From an archaeon (GTDB taxonomy: Archaea; EX4484-52; WAPT01): 64,000 nucleotides of DNA. Positions 31,402 to 41,318 of this stretch are shown here, one piece after another (within the stretch, counting starts at the first letter, position 1; each line of letters opens with the position of its first letter). The DNA lies in assembly GCA_029258795.1 (NCBI GenBank), contig JAPDKB010000009.1, forward strand, positions 22,564 to 86,563, in the 5' to 3' direction. The position numbers and the translations under genes were made by a program. Under the pieces are notes generated by a model. The model saw nothing but the letters and a program-made list of their open reading frames with translations. It did no database searches and was not told where the DNA came from.

Positions 31402-31616
31402 TTCTTACTAAGCACCTCTTTTTCCCTTTTTATGGTCAATATCCTTGCTATAGTTCTTTTTATCTCTCTGACCTTACCTGGATTGTCCGGCACGCCTCCC
31501 ACCTTTGCCTTTGCTCTTTCTTTCATCAGCTCCATTCTCAAATCTGCGAGTTTCTTCTCAAGTTCTTCGTCACTCATGTCTCTTATCTGTGTTGCCTTGA
31601 GTATTGCCATGATCAT
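31398..31616 (-). CDS. rpl29: 50S ribosomal protein L29 (uL29)
   Basis: [17 protein letters not shown]. Confidence 0.85.
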   Translation of the reverse strand: MIMAILKATQIRDMSDEELEKKLADLRMELMKERAKAKVGGVPDNPGKVREIKRTIARILTIKREKEVLSKK

Positions 31617-32503
31617 TCACCACTTTTCTTTTCCTCATTTTTCTTCACAGAGCCCGAAGCATCAGCATCGGATTTCTTTCCCTTATCCATACCTTCCTTT
31701 TTCTTGACCTCTTTCTTCCTCTCATCACCCTTCTTCTCAGCCGTCTTCTTTTCCGCTTTTTTTGCCTTCTCCTTTACAGCGTTCTTCTCATCACTCCCTT
31801 CCTTTGTTTCCTCAACCTTTTCCTCCTCCTTCTCAGCTTCCTCCTCTTCCTTATCCTCTTCTTTCTTTACCGCGAACTTCTTAATGATGTCCTCACTTAT
31901 TTCTACTTCTCCCCGCGCAACTCTCTTTTCAAGTTCCATCTCAGGAGGCATAAAAGGCATTATTTCGACCTTTACTCCGATAACTCCCGGCTTGAGCACG
32001 GCTTGTTCCTTCGCAACATCCACGTATTCCTGAGCTGGATGTCCGCATTTCATGACATAACCAGCAACATACTTTTCTGTTCTGTGTCTCTCTCCCGTGA
32101 GCTTCCCGCTTACATCTATTTCAACACCAACCGCTCCAGCTTCCATGATCCTGTTGAGATACATGGTGACTACGCGCTTATAGTGCAAGCCCCTTTCAAG
32201 AGCGAATTTTATGCGTTTGGCAACCACCTTTGCATCAAGATAAGGATTATCAACACCTTTAACCTCTATCTGCGGGTTCTCTATGCCAAACTCCTCCTTC
32301 ATTTTTTCCTGAATCTTGGCTATTCTTTCTCCACCCCTACCTATGACAAGTGCGGGTCTTCCAGCATATATAACTATTCTGGTTGCCAGAGGAGTCCTCT
32401 TAATCTCACACCGGCTGTACTCCGCTCTATCCAGCTCTTTATCCAAAAATTCAGCTATCTTCATGTTCACTATTCCTTCCTGAACGAACTTTCTCTCTAT
32501 CAT
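31613..32503 (-). CDS. rps3: 30S ribosomal protein S3 (uS3) with a ~90 aa K/E-rich C-terminal tail
   Basis: KH domain at the N-terminus, then [20 protein letters not shown]; lysine-rich tail. Confidence 0.9.
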   Translation of the reverse strand: MIERKFVQEGIVNMKIAEFLDKELDRAEYSRCEIKRTPLATRIVIYAGRPALVIGRGGERIAKIQEKMKEEFGIENPQIEVKGVDNPYLDAKVVAKRIKFALERGLHYKRVVTMYLNRIMEAGAVGVEIDVSGKLTGERHRTEKYVAGYVMKCGHPAQEYVDVAKEQAVLKPGVIGVKVEIMPFMPPEMELEKRVARGEVEISEDIIKKFAVKKEEDKEEEEAEKEEEKVEETKEGSDEKNAVKEKAKKAEKKTAEKKGDERKKEVKKKEGMDKGKKSDADASGSVKKNEEKKSGE

Positions 32504-32510
32504 CCTTCCT

Positions 32511-32942
32511 TCACCTTTGCTCCAAAACTACTGAGATGTGCACGCTCTTTCTTTTCTGCCCTCTGAGGGGTGAGCGCCTTGGCCTGTAAAATGTGGGGGC
32601 TTTCATCACCAAAAATGATTTGATGAAGAGCTTTGAAACATCAAGTCCCTGATTCTCAGCGTTTTTCACAGCACTGTTGATGAGATCAAGTATTTCCTTT
32701 GCAGCGTTAACTGGATACCTTCCAGCCCCGATACCTGGCTTGTGAGCCACATCTCTGTTGAACCTGCCGAATGGCACAGCTCTCTTCATCTCAATGACAT
32801 CCTGAAGGAAGCGCCTTGCTTTCTCAACGTTCATTCCCTTTATAGCTTTTCCTATTTCCACAGAGGCTTTCCATGAAATCCTTACATACCTTTTGCATGC
32901 TCTTGCCATTCTTGAAGGATCGTAATCCTGCACGTTATACAT
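32511..32942 (-). CDS. rpl22: 50S ribosomal protein L22 (uL22)
   Basis: VRISWKASVEIGKAIKGMNVEKARRFL. Confidence 0.85.
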   Translation of the reverse strand: MYNVQDYDPSRMARACKRYVRISWKASVEIGKAIKGMNVEKARRFLQDVIEMKRAVPFGRFNRDVAHKPGIGAGRYPVNAAKEILDLINSAVKNAENQGLDVSKLFIKSFLVMKAPTFYRPRRSPLRGQKRKSVHISVVLEQR

Positions 32943-32954
32943 CTCGGCTCACCT

Positions 32955-33344
32955 TCACTTCCTACCTACGTGCTTTGTTGATTTGGATGCACCTATACCT
33001 GGACCGCTGTGCTGCACGGGCTTTCTGGTTAGAGCAAATTCTCCCAACCTGTGCCCTATCATTTCAGCGGTTATGGTGACGGGCACAAACTCTTTACCAT
33101 TGTGGACGCCTATAGTGCGCCCCACCATTTCGGGCAGGATGATCATGTCTCTGCAGTGAGTTTTTATGAACTTGTCCTTGGAGGTTTTCCTTATTTTTTG
33201 AAGCAGCTTCTTCTCAGCTTCAGTGAGCCCTCTCTTCAAGTGTCTCCTAGCCCTTGCTGTCAGTAATTCAGCTAACTCTTCCAAGCTCATCTTCTGCAAT
33301 TCTTCAAGCGTGTAACCTCTGAACCTGAACTCCTTTCGAGCCAT
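32955..33344 (-). CDS. rps19: 30S ribosomal protein S19 (uS19)
   Basis: [26 protein letters not shown]...[13 protein letters not shown]. Confidence 0.9.
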   Translation of the reverse strand: MARKEFRFRGYTLEELQKMSLEELAELLTARARRHLKRGLTEAEKKLLQKIRKTSKDKFIKTHCRDMIILPEMVGRTIGVHNGKEFVPVTITAEMIGHRLGEFALTRKPVQHSGPGIGASKSTKHVGRK

Positions 33345-33351
33345 TTACCAT

Positions 33352-34065
33352 TCACCTCTTCCTTCTACCGGTTCTTCTCGCGGCTATGCTACCCACCTTT
33401 CTGCCGGGCGGTGCACGCCTGCTAACAGTTTTGGGCACACCAAAGCTCTTACCACCGAACTTGTGATCACATGCGTTCATGGCTTTAGCCCTCGTTCTCG
33501 GGTACTTCTTACCTCTCGCATGCATCGCGTGCCACTTATTGCCAGCTTTCACAAATGGCTTTTTCGGCCTCTCTCCACCTGCAACTATACCTATTGTGGC
33601 TCTGCAGTTCGGATTGAGCCCCTTGGTTTTTCTTGATGGGAATTGCACTGTGACTTTATCAACATCTCTTGAAAGGACTATGGCATAACCACCGCTTGCC
33701 CTCACGAGCTTTCCACCATCGCCAGGAACAACCTCTATGTTAAACACGGGTGTACCTTCAGGTATGTCTTTAAGGGGCAGCACATTCCCTATCTTTAGCT
33801 GTGCTCCCTCTCCAACTTCCACAACGTCTCCCGTCTTCACACCTTCACTTGCAATGAAATACCATTTCTCACTCGTGCCATCGAATTTAACGAGTGCAAG
33901 AGGAGCTGTTCTGCCTGGATCATCCACTATATCTATTATCTTACCTTTAAGGTTGCCCTTCTGAAGGGGAGGATATTTAACATCAGCAACGTAGTTGAAG
34001 CTTGGCACTAAGTAGGTTTTGGATACGCCCCTTCCACGGCGCTGAGCGATTATTCTTGTACCCAT
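33352..34065 (-). CDS. rpl2: 50S ribosomal protein L2 (uL2)
   Basis: ASEGVKTGDVVEVGEGAQLKIGNVLPLKDIPEGTPV...GGERPKKPF. Confidence 0.9.
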   Translation of the reverse strand: MGTRIIAQRRGRGVSKTYLVPSFNYVADVKYPPLQKGNLKGKIIDIVDDPGRTAPLALVKFDGTSEKWYFIASEGVKTGDVVEVGEGAQLKIGNVLPLKDIPEGTPVFNIEVVPGDGGKLVRASGGYAIVLSRDVDKVTVQFPSRKTKGLNPNCRATIGIVAGGERPKKPFVKAGNKWHAMHARGKKYPRTRAKAMNACDHKFGGKSFGVPKTVSRRAPPGRKVGSIAARRTGRRKR

Positions 34066-34080
34066 ACATCACCACCATCA

Positions 34081-34359
34081 TCAGATTATGCCTAATTTAG
34101 CAGCTATGTCTGTAGCATTGTAATCCTTGCTTACGGCTATGTATGCCTTCTTCCTGCCCTTCGCATCTATCAACGTTCTAACCTTTCTGACCTTAACCTT
34201 AAACATGTTTTCAAAAGCTTTCTTTATCTTTTCCTTGTTAGCTCTTCTATCCACTATAAATGTTATGGTGTTCTCCCTCTCTATGAGAGAGATTGCCTTT
34301 TCTGTAAGCACGGGATAAAGCAACACTTCAAATGGGTCGTTAACCTTAACTTCAGCCAT
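34081..34359 (-). CDS. rpl23: 50S ribosomal protein L23 (uL23)
   Basis: LLYPVLTEKAISLIERENTITFIVDRRANKEKIKKAFE. Confidence 0.85.
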   Translation of the reverse strand: MAEVKVNDPFEVLLYPVLTEKAISLIERENTITFIVDRRANKEKIKKAFENMFKVKVRKVRTLIDAKGRKKAYIAVSKDYNATDIAAKLGII

Positions 34360-34360
34360 T

Positions 34361-35188
34361 TCAGCTCACCGCGAAAAGCTTTTTCTCCTCCAGCTCTTTT
34401 ATGGCATTCTCACTCCAGATGCTCAACCTTCCTGCATGACCACCCGGAGCCAGCATCTCCACGTTGAGATCCTTCACAAGGCAGACATCAACACCGGGTA
34501 TGTTTCTTGCTGCCTTGAATATTCCATCATCCTTACTCACCACTATGAGGGGGCCTTTCCTCTTCTTGTATCTCCTTCCTCTCATCTTACCCTTTCCGGC
34601 CCTGTATCTTTTCTCGCGCACCCTTTCCAGCTCTTCCTCCAGACCCAGCTTTTTGAGCAGGTTTTCAAGCTCTTTTGTCTTCTTCACACTTTCAAGCTCG
34701 CTAACAACGACTATTGGTAGCTTTTCAACTTTATCCGCTCTGTGTCCTCTCTTAAGCACGAGGGTTTTCCTTGCAAGAGCGGCTATGGCAGCAAGTATAG
34801 CTTTCCTCCTCTCCTTCTTGTTTATCTTCTGCTCCCACTTCTTCTCAGCTTTTGGTGGATGAGCTTTCCTACCCTTGACAGCATGTGGCACAAACCTCAC
34901 AACTCCGGTCATGTGGCCTGAACCAACTCTTATGCGTGGCAGCCTCGCTATACCTCTGTTTATCCAGGCCCCGTAAGCGCCTCTTCTTCCTCTGTAATCA
35001 GCACTAGTTCTCTTTCCTGCCAGAGGATCAGCTCCATAGGGCTGCCTCCTGTGGCTCATGATGGCAAGGAAAGCTCTGATTATGAGATCATGCCTTACCT
35101 CCTCGCTGAAGTGCTCGGGGAGAGTGATCTCGCCCTTCTTGCTTCCGTCCAGACCATAAACAGGAACTTTCAACTCAGCCATAGCCAT
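34361..35188 (-). CDS. rpl4: 50S ribosomal protein L4 (uL4, L1e family)
   Basis: 275 aa in the conserved L3-L4-L23 position. Confidence 0.85.
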   Translation of the reverse strand: MAMAELKVPVYGLDGSKKGEITLPEHFSEEVRHDLIIRAFLAIMSHRRQPYGADPLAGKRTSADYRGRRGAYGAWINRGIARLPRIRVGSGHMTGVVRFVPHAVKGRKAHPPKAEKKWEQKINKKERRKAILAAIAALARKTLVLKRGHRADKVEKLPIVVVSELESVKKTKELENLLKKLGLEEELERVREKRYRAGKGKMRGRRYKKRKGPLIVVSKDDGIFKAARNIPGVDVCLVKDLNVEMLAPGGHAGRLSIWSENAIKELEEKKLFAVS

Positions 35189-35189
35189 T

Positions 35190-36203
35190 TCACCATATCA
35201 GCTGCTTGATCTCGGGAGGTTCTGTTGGGGGCTCATGAGACCTTATAGCATATCTTATCCTCACCAATCTCTTTGATGGCCCAGGAACAGAACCATGGAT
35301 AATTATATAATCTGATTTCACAACACCATAGTGTTTCCAGCCACCGGGTCTTGCAACACGGGAAGCGTCATTTCCAACCTCCATAATCCACTTGTTGTAC
35401 TCGGTCCTTGTGTGATACCCCATCTGACCCATCTGAGGAACGGTCCACATAGTTCTTGCAGGGTGCCATGGACCGAGAGTTCCAGCTTTTCTCCTTACCT
35501 TCCTTGCCTTGTGGTGCAGAAGCTTCACACCAAATCTCTTTACGGAGCCCTGGAATCCCTTACCCTTGGTAACGGCCGTGACATCAACAAAAACACCGGG
35601 AGAAAAGACATCGGAAATGCGAAGTTCCTTGCCGAGAAGGGAGGAAACCTCATCGAGAACAGCAGAAAGGGAATCAGAAGCAGAATCGGAAGAAGCGTCG
35701 TTTACCCAGTTTGTGGGGAAATAGTGAATCTCAAAGATCTCAGGTGTCTTCTTTCCTATTCCTGCAAGCTTCGGCTGCGTTGCAACAATCAGCTTAACCT
35801 TATCAAAACCATTTTTGACCTTATCAAGCACAGCATTTTTATCCTTGTTCGGCTTTATTCCGGTTATTTTTCGTGCAACCTCCTTGTCTATCTTCTCACT
35901 CCACAGTTCTGTTATTGCTTCGTATCCATATGGTGTCTTTTTATAGAAGCGAGCAGCAAGAACCTTGAGAGGTGGTGTTTCTATCAGGGTTGCGGGCTCC
36001 ACAATTTCCTTGTTCTTGAACATACCCTCCCTTTTTTCTATGTAATCAACCTGAAGCATCCCTACTTTGTATCCGGCAAATTCCACCACATTCTTGCCAT
36101 CAACAGCAGGAACATGCCTGACTCTAGCATAAATGCGCTTAGCCCTAACTCTGGGGGAAAACTGCAATGATCCTCTCCTCGGGTGGTAATAGCTCATTTC
36201 CAC
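35190..36203 (-). CDS. rpl3: 50S ribosomal protein L3 (uL3)
   Basis: 337 aa; FAGYKVGMLQV...; first gene of the operon. Confidence 0.9.
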   Translation of the reverse strand: MEMSYYHPRRGSLQFSPRVRAKRIYARVRHVPAVDGKNVVEFAGYKVGMLQVDYIEKREGMFKNKEIVEPATLIETPPLKVLAARFYKKTPYGYEAITELWSEKIDKEVARKITGIKPNKDKNAVLDKVKNGFDKVKLIVATQPKLAGIGKKTPEIFEIHYFPTNWVNDASSDSASDSLSAVLDEVSSLLGKELRISDVFSPGVFVDVTAVTKGKGFQGSVKRFGVKLLHHKARKVRRKAGTLGPWHPARTMWTVPQMGQMGYHTRTEYNKWIMEVGNDASRVARPGGWKHYGVVKSDYIIIHGSVPGPSKRLVRIRYAIRSHEPPTEPPEIKQLIW

Positions 36204-36440
36204 ACACCACGCAGCATATTCATGGCTCGTAGCTTGTGTTCACAAGATTTGTAATCATGAAAATGATAACATTTAAATATTTTGGTGATATCTGGCTGGA
36301 GGCAACAACCTATACATACCCTCATACAAAAAAAGCGACAGCTTTTAATCAAACACCAAAATTTTTAAACGTTGTTATTCTCGCCTTCACGACTTTAAAG
36401 AAAAAATATTTTTAAAGTAGCGTCGGCAATAAAATACCCA

Positions 36441-37040
36441 ATGACTGAAAAACTCAGCGAAAAGGTGAAGAAATTCCTTGTAGTGAAAAAGAAAGTAAAA
36501 CTGGAGGAAATATCCAGCTATAAAACTCAGATTCTCATAATAGGGTCAACGATTTCCTTCCTTCTCGGAGGTTTTGACCTCTTACTTCCTTTTCTTCTTG
36601 CATGGTTTTCATACTTTATATTTGAGAGTTACGCATGGGAATTTGGTTTGGATAATCTTGGGGTGGAGCTCATAACACTGGCATGTGTGCTCGTGGGGAT
36701 GAAATTCGAACCAGCATTTTCCTTCATTTACGCGTATGTTACAATAGGCACAATGTCATCCATAGCAAAGTTTGTTGATCCCGACTCCGATGAGATATCA
36801 AATCCATTCGGAAGCTATGCTTTTGGGTATGGTGTTGCTGCGCTTTCAGCATCTTATCTAGCAGGCAACCTACCTTTCCCAGAACTTCTGGTTGCTTCTG
36901 CCATACTTGCCAATCTCGCGAGATTTGCTTTTGACCTCTTGGTTTACAGAAGTATTGATGATATTATATGGAGGGTGGGTAATATTTTCTTTAACTGCAT
37001 TATTGCAATGTTCTTTTCATTTCTCAGCATGGTTATCTAG
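36441..37040 (+). CDS. Hypothetical integral membrane protein, 199 aa
   Basis: 5-6 hydrophobic helices. Confidence 0.5.
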   Translation: MTEKLSEKVKKFLVVKKKVKLEEISSYKTQILIIGSTISFLLGGFDLLLPFLLAWFSYFIFESYAWEFGLDNLGVELITLACVLVGMKFEPAFSFIYAYVTIGTMSSIAKFVDPDSDEISNPFGSYAFGYGVAALSASYLAGNLPFPELLVASAILANLARFAFDLLVYRSIDDIIWRVGNIFFNCIIAMFFSFLSMVI

Positions 37041-37517
37041 GGTTTTTCGCAATCTTGTGTAGATGGGCGTGTATTTTCGTTTCTCGTAAAATCTGATCGA
37101 GTTGTGATTTCCAACGTAAGCGTCAAGCTCAACAATTTTGATGTCCATCTCATGCGCTTTCTTCTCGGCTGCTGAAAGCAATGCACTCCCCACCCCTTTG
37201 GAACGCCACTCTTCAACCACATAGATATTATCTACATACAACACCTTTTCCCGCCTATAGATTCCAGCATAAGTTATGACTCTCCCGCTCACCACACCGA
37301 TAATCTTCCCATCCTCACTCTCAGCCACGAGCAACAATTTCGTACCCTTTTTCATACCTCTAATACAAGAGTTAACGTAGTTCTTCAGGCTACCCTCACA
37401 ATCATCTCCACTTTTGAGAAGGGGATCGTAATACCTCTCCTCTTCCTGCATCAGCTTGAAAAGTCGCAGTATATGGTCCGAGTCATCATCTTCGGCTTCC
37501 CTTATTTCCGCATGCAT
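37017..37517 (-). CDS. GNAT family N-acetyltransferase
   Basis: RSKGVGSALLSAAEKKAHEMDIKIVELDAYVGNHNSIRFYEKRKY motif A/B. Confidence 0.65.
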   Translation of the reverse strand: MHAEIREAEDDDSDHILRLFKLMQEEERYYDPLLKSGDDCEGSLKNYVNSCIRGMKKGTKLLLVAESEDGKIIGVVSGRVITYAGIYRREKVLYVDNIYVVEEWRSKGVGSALLSAAEKKAHEMDIKIVELDAYVGNHNSIRFYEKRKYTPIYTRLRKTLDNHAEK

Positions 37518-37547
37518 GAAGGGATCACACCATCAAACAAAAATCTA

Positions 37548-37665
37548 TGGGCCGGCCAGGATTTTCAGCTGCGGAGTTCCAGCATATTCAGCTTTGCTCC
37601 GCAGCAATCGAACCTGGGACCTCTCCCGCGTCAGGGGAGCGTCATAACCCCTAGACCACCGGCCC
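37548..37665 (-). tRNA. tRNA-Val(GAC) with a ~44 nt intron in the T-loop; CCA not encoded
   Basis: GGGCCGG-TG-GTCT-AGGGGTTA-TGAC-G-CTCCC-CTGACGC-GGGAG-AGGTC-CCAGG-TTCGAT[TGCTGCGGAGC...CCGCAGCTGAAAA]T-CCTGG-CCGGCCC-A. Confidence 0.7.
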
Positions 37666-37793
37666 GTGAAATGCAAAAATGATTGGTGGAATAATTTTTT
37701 AACTTTTTGGAGCTGCACGGAATTGAAAGAAATATGTGAAAATAATAAGGTTGTATTTCGAAATTTCATTACTTCGATCTAATTAATCATCAT

Positions 37794-38498
37794 GTGATGA
37801 TAAAATTTAAAAAATTAAAGTATAAATATAATTGCATGACATATTATTCTTGGATCGGATATAATCGAAAGTTTGAAAAGGTATCGAAAAGCATAAATAG
37901 AACGTTAGAAATTTGGAATTTTATAGAAAAATTGGAAAAATCTGGTGTTTCATCTGAAGAAATTAGAGAAATTAAGGAGTTAGCCAAACTATATGAAGAA
38001 ATTGAAACTGAAGCCGAGGAACTTAGAACTAAATTTTATGAGACTGTGGAGGAGTGGGGCTTATATTTGGGAGGTATCCGCTATATTCCTTCATATGATT
38101 CCTTGTGGTTTGAGATTTGGTCAGAACAAAACGCACACAACCCCAGTACGTTGGTTCCTCTGTATGACGTTTTAAGGCAAAAGGAATTATACCATGATGA
38201 GGAAACAGGTGTCAGGAAAGGTTTGGGTCATGTGAATCCCATTAGCGATGGTTATCTAGGATGGTGGAAATTCATACACGAAGTGATAAGGAATGGATAC
38301 GATGGTAACAAAAAGGACATAGAAATTGTGAGAGAATTTTTCCAAAAAAATCCAGATTTCAATGAAAAATTCAAAACACAAAGATATGGGAGCGGGTGGA
38401 GCCCACATACTTCGTTCATATTTGACTTACCTTTGGAGTTAGAGGAACCTGTGAAGAATCATTTTGAGAGTGTAGATAAGTATCTCGAGAAATCTTAA
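37794..38498 (+). CDS. Hypothetical protein, 234 aa, in an AT-rich segment directly downstream of tRNA-Val
   Basis: The ORF has visibly lower GC (~30%) than its neighbours, and no recognisable motifs. Confidence 0.5.
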   Translation: MMIKFKKLKYKYNCMTYYSWIGYNRKFEKVSKSINRTLEIWNFIEKLEKSGVSSEEIREIKELAKLYEEIETEAEELRTKFYETVEEWGLYLGGIRYIPSYDSLWFEIWSEQNAHNPSTLVPLYDVLRQKELYHDEETGVRKGLGHVNPISDGYLGWWKFIHEVIRNGYDGNKKDIEIVREFFQKNPDFNEKFKTQRYGSGWSPHTSFIFDLPLELEEPVKNHFESVDKYLEKS

Positions 38499-38532
38499 AC
38501 ACAATTTAAATTTTTGAAAAATTTCCTTTCTA

Positions 38533-40155
38533 TCAGAACAGCTCAACCTTCTCAATCTTTCTTAGAAGGATCTCAGGTCTCTTTATTTCATGTCCCTCCT
38601 CCAGCTTTCTTCCACACAGTTTCCAGCTAATCTCGTTTATGTTCATGATGTCAAGCGCTTTTCCACATGTGTGGGGTATAACTGGGTAGAGCATCAGGCA
38701 TATGTCCTTAGCGAGGTTTAGAGAGTGAGATAGCACCTTATGTGCCATCTTTTTATCTTCCTTCACGAGCTTCCACGGCTCGTGCTGCTGGAAGTAGGAG
38801 TTACCTATTGAAGCCAGCTTATCTATGGTCTCTACAGCACCTTTAATGTTCCACTTTTCATAACTTTCCCTCGCTTTTTCAATAAGTCCCATTACTTCCC
38901 TGAACTCCTCCTGTTCGTACGTCTCCACTCCTATCGTTTTACCCTCAAAATTCTTGTGAAGGAAGCTCAACACACGATAAACGAAGTTAATCATGTTACC
39001 CACAAGCACGTTGTTTATGGCAGCCATGAAAGCTTCCCTGCTCAGATCTATGTCCGTTATGTTATTTGATGTGTGGTAAGCAAAATAAAACCTCAGATAT
39101 TCCGGATTCCCAACCTTTTCCAGATAATCCTTGGCGGTTATGAAGGTGCCCCTGCTTTTACTCATCTTTTCTCCTTCAACCGTAAGGAAACCGTGAGTGT
39201 GAAGGTAATCTGGCAGTCTAAAGCCAGATGCCATCAGCATGGCAGGCCAGAAGAGGTAATGGAAATAGATTATATCCTTTCCTATCACATGCACAATTGA
39301 ATGGCTTTCACCTTTCCATATTTTTTTCCAATCACACCCAGCTTTTTTGCAGTAGTTTGCGGTTGAGGCAATGTATCCTATTGGCGCGTCCCACCACACG
39401 TAAAAATACTTGTTTTCCTCCTCCGGAATCTTGAATCCGAAGTAAGGTCCATCTCTCGATATGCACCAGTCCTCAAGCCCCTTTTCCAACCATTCCTTGA
39501 TGTAGTTCTTGACCTCTTCTTGGAGGGGGGCTTCCTCCATCCAGTGCTTTAGCTTCTCCTCAAACGCGCTGAGCTTGAAGAAATAATGCTTGCTTTTTTT
39601 CACCACAGGCATGCTTCCACATATTGCGCATCTCGGGTTTTTGAGGTTGAAGGGCGTGTATGTTGCACCACACTTTTCACACACATCCCCGTACTGGTCT
39701 TCTGCTCCACACTTAGGACATGTGCCCTTAACATACCTGTCCGGCAGAAATCTCTCGCATTTCTCACAGTAAAGAAGCTCTACTTCCTTCGTGTAAATGT
39801 ATCCCTTTTCCCTTGCATTTTCAAACATCTCTACCGCTATCTTTTCATTCTCATCGCTGTGTGTGATGTGGTAGTTGTCAACGCTTATCATGAACTCGTC
39901 CAGCACCTTTTTGAACTTCTCATGGTTTTCCATCACGAAGCTCAGCGGGTCTTTTCCCGCTTTTCTCGCGTTGATTTCTATGGGGGTGCCGTGCGCATCT
40001 GTAGCACAAACATAAATGACGCGCTTCCCAACCATTCTGTAGAACCTAGCTATTATGTCTGTTATTATGAACTCGTACAAGTGACCGAAGTGCGGTTCGC
40101 CATTTCCGTAGGGAAGAGCCGATGTCATGAGCAAGTTTTCTTTGAGTTTCATCAC
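38533..40155 (-). CDS. metG: Methionyl-tRNA synthetase
   Basis: SALPYGNGEPHFGHL (HIGH-type), zinc knuckle CEKCERF...CPKCG, KMSKS. Confidence 0.9.
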   Translation of the reverse strand: MMKLKENLLMTSALPYGNGEPHFGHLYEFIITDIIARFYRMVGKRVIYVCATDAHGTPIEINARKAGKDPLSFVMENHEKFKKVLDEFMISVDNYHITHSDENEKIAVEMFENAREKGYIYTKEVELLYCEKCERFLPDRYVKGTCPKCGAEDQYGDVCEKCGATYTPFNLKNPRCAICGSMPVVKKSKHYFFKLSAFEEKLKHWMEEAPLQEEVKNYIKEWLEKGLEDWCISRDGPYFGFKIPEEENKYFYVWWDAPIGYIASTANYCKKAGCDWKKIWKGESHSIVHVIGKDIIYFHYLFWPAMLMASGFRLPDYLHTHGFLTVEGEKMSKSRGTFITAKDYLEKVGNPEYLRFYFAYHTSNNITDIDLSREAFMAAINNVLVGNMINFVYRVLSFLHKNFEGKTIGVETYEQEEFREVMGLIEKARESYEKWNIKGAVETIDKLASIGNSYFQQHEPWKLVKEDKKMAHKVLSHSLNLAKDICLMLYPVIPHTCGKALDIMNINEISWKLCGRKLEEGHEIKRPEILLRKIEKVELF

Positions 40156-41317
40156 CCTTCACCAGAGTTTTTCTTGTGGTTGTGGCAACATCTTTTATGA
40201 ATGATTCGGCACTTTTTAATATGTTTTCTACCTTGTTCAGGGAGCGCACACCCTTTGGCAGGAAAGATGGTTTGTTTATCTCCCCGTTTTCCATCAACAT
40301 CTTCACCACTTCAAAATATTGGTGCGTGACTCTTCCGGCATAAAGCACGTGTAATGATTTCCCTTTCTTTGCAACTTTTTGAATCTCCATGAAACCCTTG
40401 AGGTAAAGGTAATCTTTGGTGAATCCGCCCCCTCTGAAGCTCCTGAAGGTTAGAGTCCATGCCATCTCATCATCAAACCCCCATTCCTTCATTTTATGAA
40501 AAACTTCGGAAAAACTCAGCCCTTCAAGCATGTAATGGATGCTCAGAACACGACCGGCATAATCTCTCAGCTTGTCGCTCTCTAACATACCCGTGAGCTT
40601 TTCCATGTACACAGCCAGACCCTCTTCCGTTTCTGTGTTGCGCGGAAATCCGGAAAGAAATATATCAAGTGGTTGGGTATGGCCATTCTGCGCTCTTAAG
40701 ACATGCACACCTATTTCATGCACAACAAGCCGTTTCATTTCATTCCTGCTAAATGTTCTGTTGGCAGGAACCAGAATTTTCCTTTCGATGGGCATGACTG
40801 TGGTCAGAGTTTTGGTGGAATATTCAACCACCCATCCCTTTATACCATAGCTTTCCAGCGCCTTTTCAAACACGGCTTTTGCTTCACGCTCCGTCATTCC
40901 CGCAACTTGTGTTTTTCTTTTGCTTCCCTTATAGCGTTTGAGGATTCTTTCCGCTTCACCGATCAAGCTTGAGGATGGTCTTCCATAAACTTTCAAACTG
41001 TACTCGATCACCTCATCTTTTCCTCTGTTGGCTATTATGTGCGCAATGTTTGCAAGCTCTTCAACCTTCTGGTGGTAGAGATCATAAAGCTCGCCTTCAG
41101 GAATTTGGAGGGATGCAAGACTTTTCGCAATCTCCTTTGGGCTGAAAAAAACCACAGGGTAACGAAATTTCGGTTCCTTACCTTCACGAAAGAACCTTTC
41201 CTTCTCTTCTTTTAAATTGACAGGTTCTATTGCTCGAAGCACACCCACACTCAATTTTCTGTGTTCCTTCAATGCCAAATCAACCGCCCTGTACTTCTCA
41301 ACCACACTGCCCTTCAT
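40046..41317 (-). CDS. DUF1704-like protein (QEGLA-motif family, putative metallopeptidase)
   Basis: VVHEIGVHVLR plus TEEGLAVYME motifs; 423 aa. The last ~30 codons overlap the metG start. Confidence 0.5.
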   Translation of the reverse strand: MKGSVVEKYRAVDLALKEHRKLSVGVLRAIEPVNLKEEKERFFREGKEPKFRYPVVFFSPKEIAKSLASLQIPEGELYDLYHQKVEELANIAHIIANRGKDEVIEYSLKVYGRPSSSLIGEAERILKRYKGSKRKTQVAGMTEREAKAVFEKALESYGIKGWVVEYSTKTLTTVMPIERKILVPANRTFSRNEMKRLVVHEIGVHVLRAQNGHTQPLDIFLSGFPRNTETEEGLAVYMEKLTGMLESDKLRDYAGRVLSIHYMLEGLSFSEVFHKMKEWGFDDEMAWTLTFRSFRGGGFTKDYLYLKGFMEIQKVAKKGKSLHVLYAGRVTHQYFEVVKMLMENGEINKPSFLPKGVRSLNKVENILKSAESFIKDVATTTRKTLVKGDETQRKLAHDIGSSLRKWRTALRSLVRVHNNRHNS

Positions 41318-41318
41318 T

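Noticed and set aside
35331-36170. 279 aa ORF antisense to L3
   Set aside because: It lies entirely within the well-supported rpl3 gene on the opposite strand and has no motifs.
37473-37769. ORFs 37473-37682 (+) and 37545-37769 (-)
   Set aside because: They overlap tRNA-Val and its intron and are artefacts.
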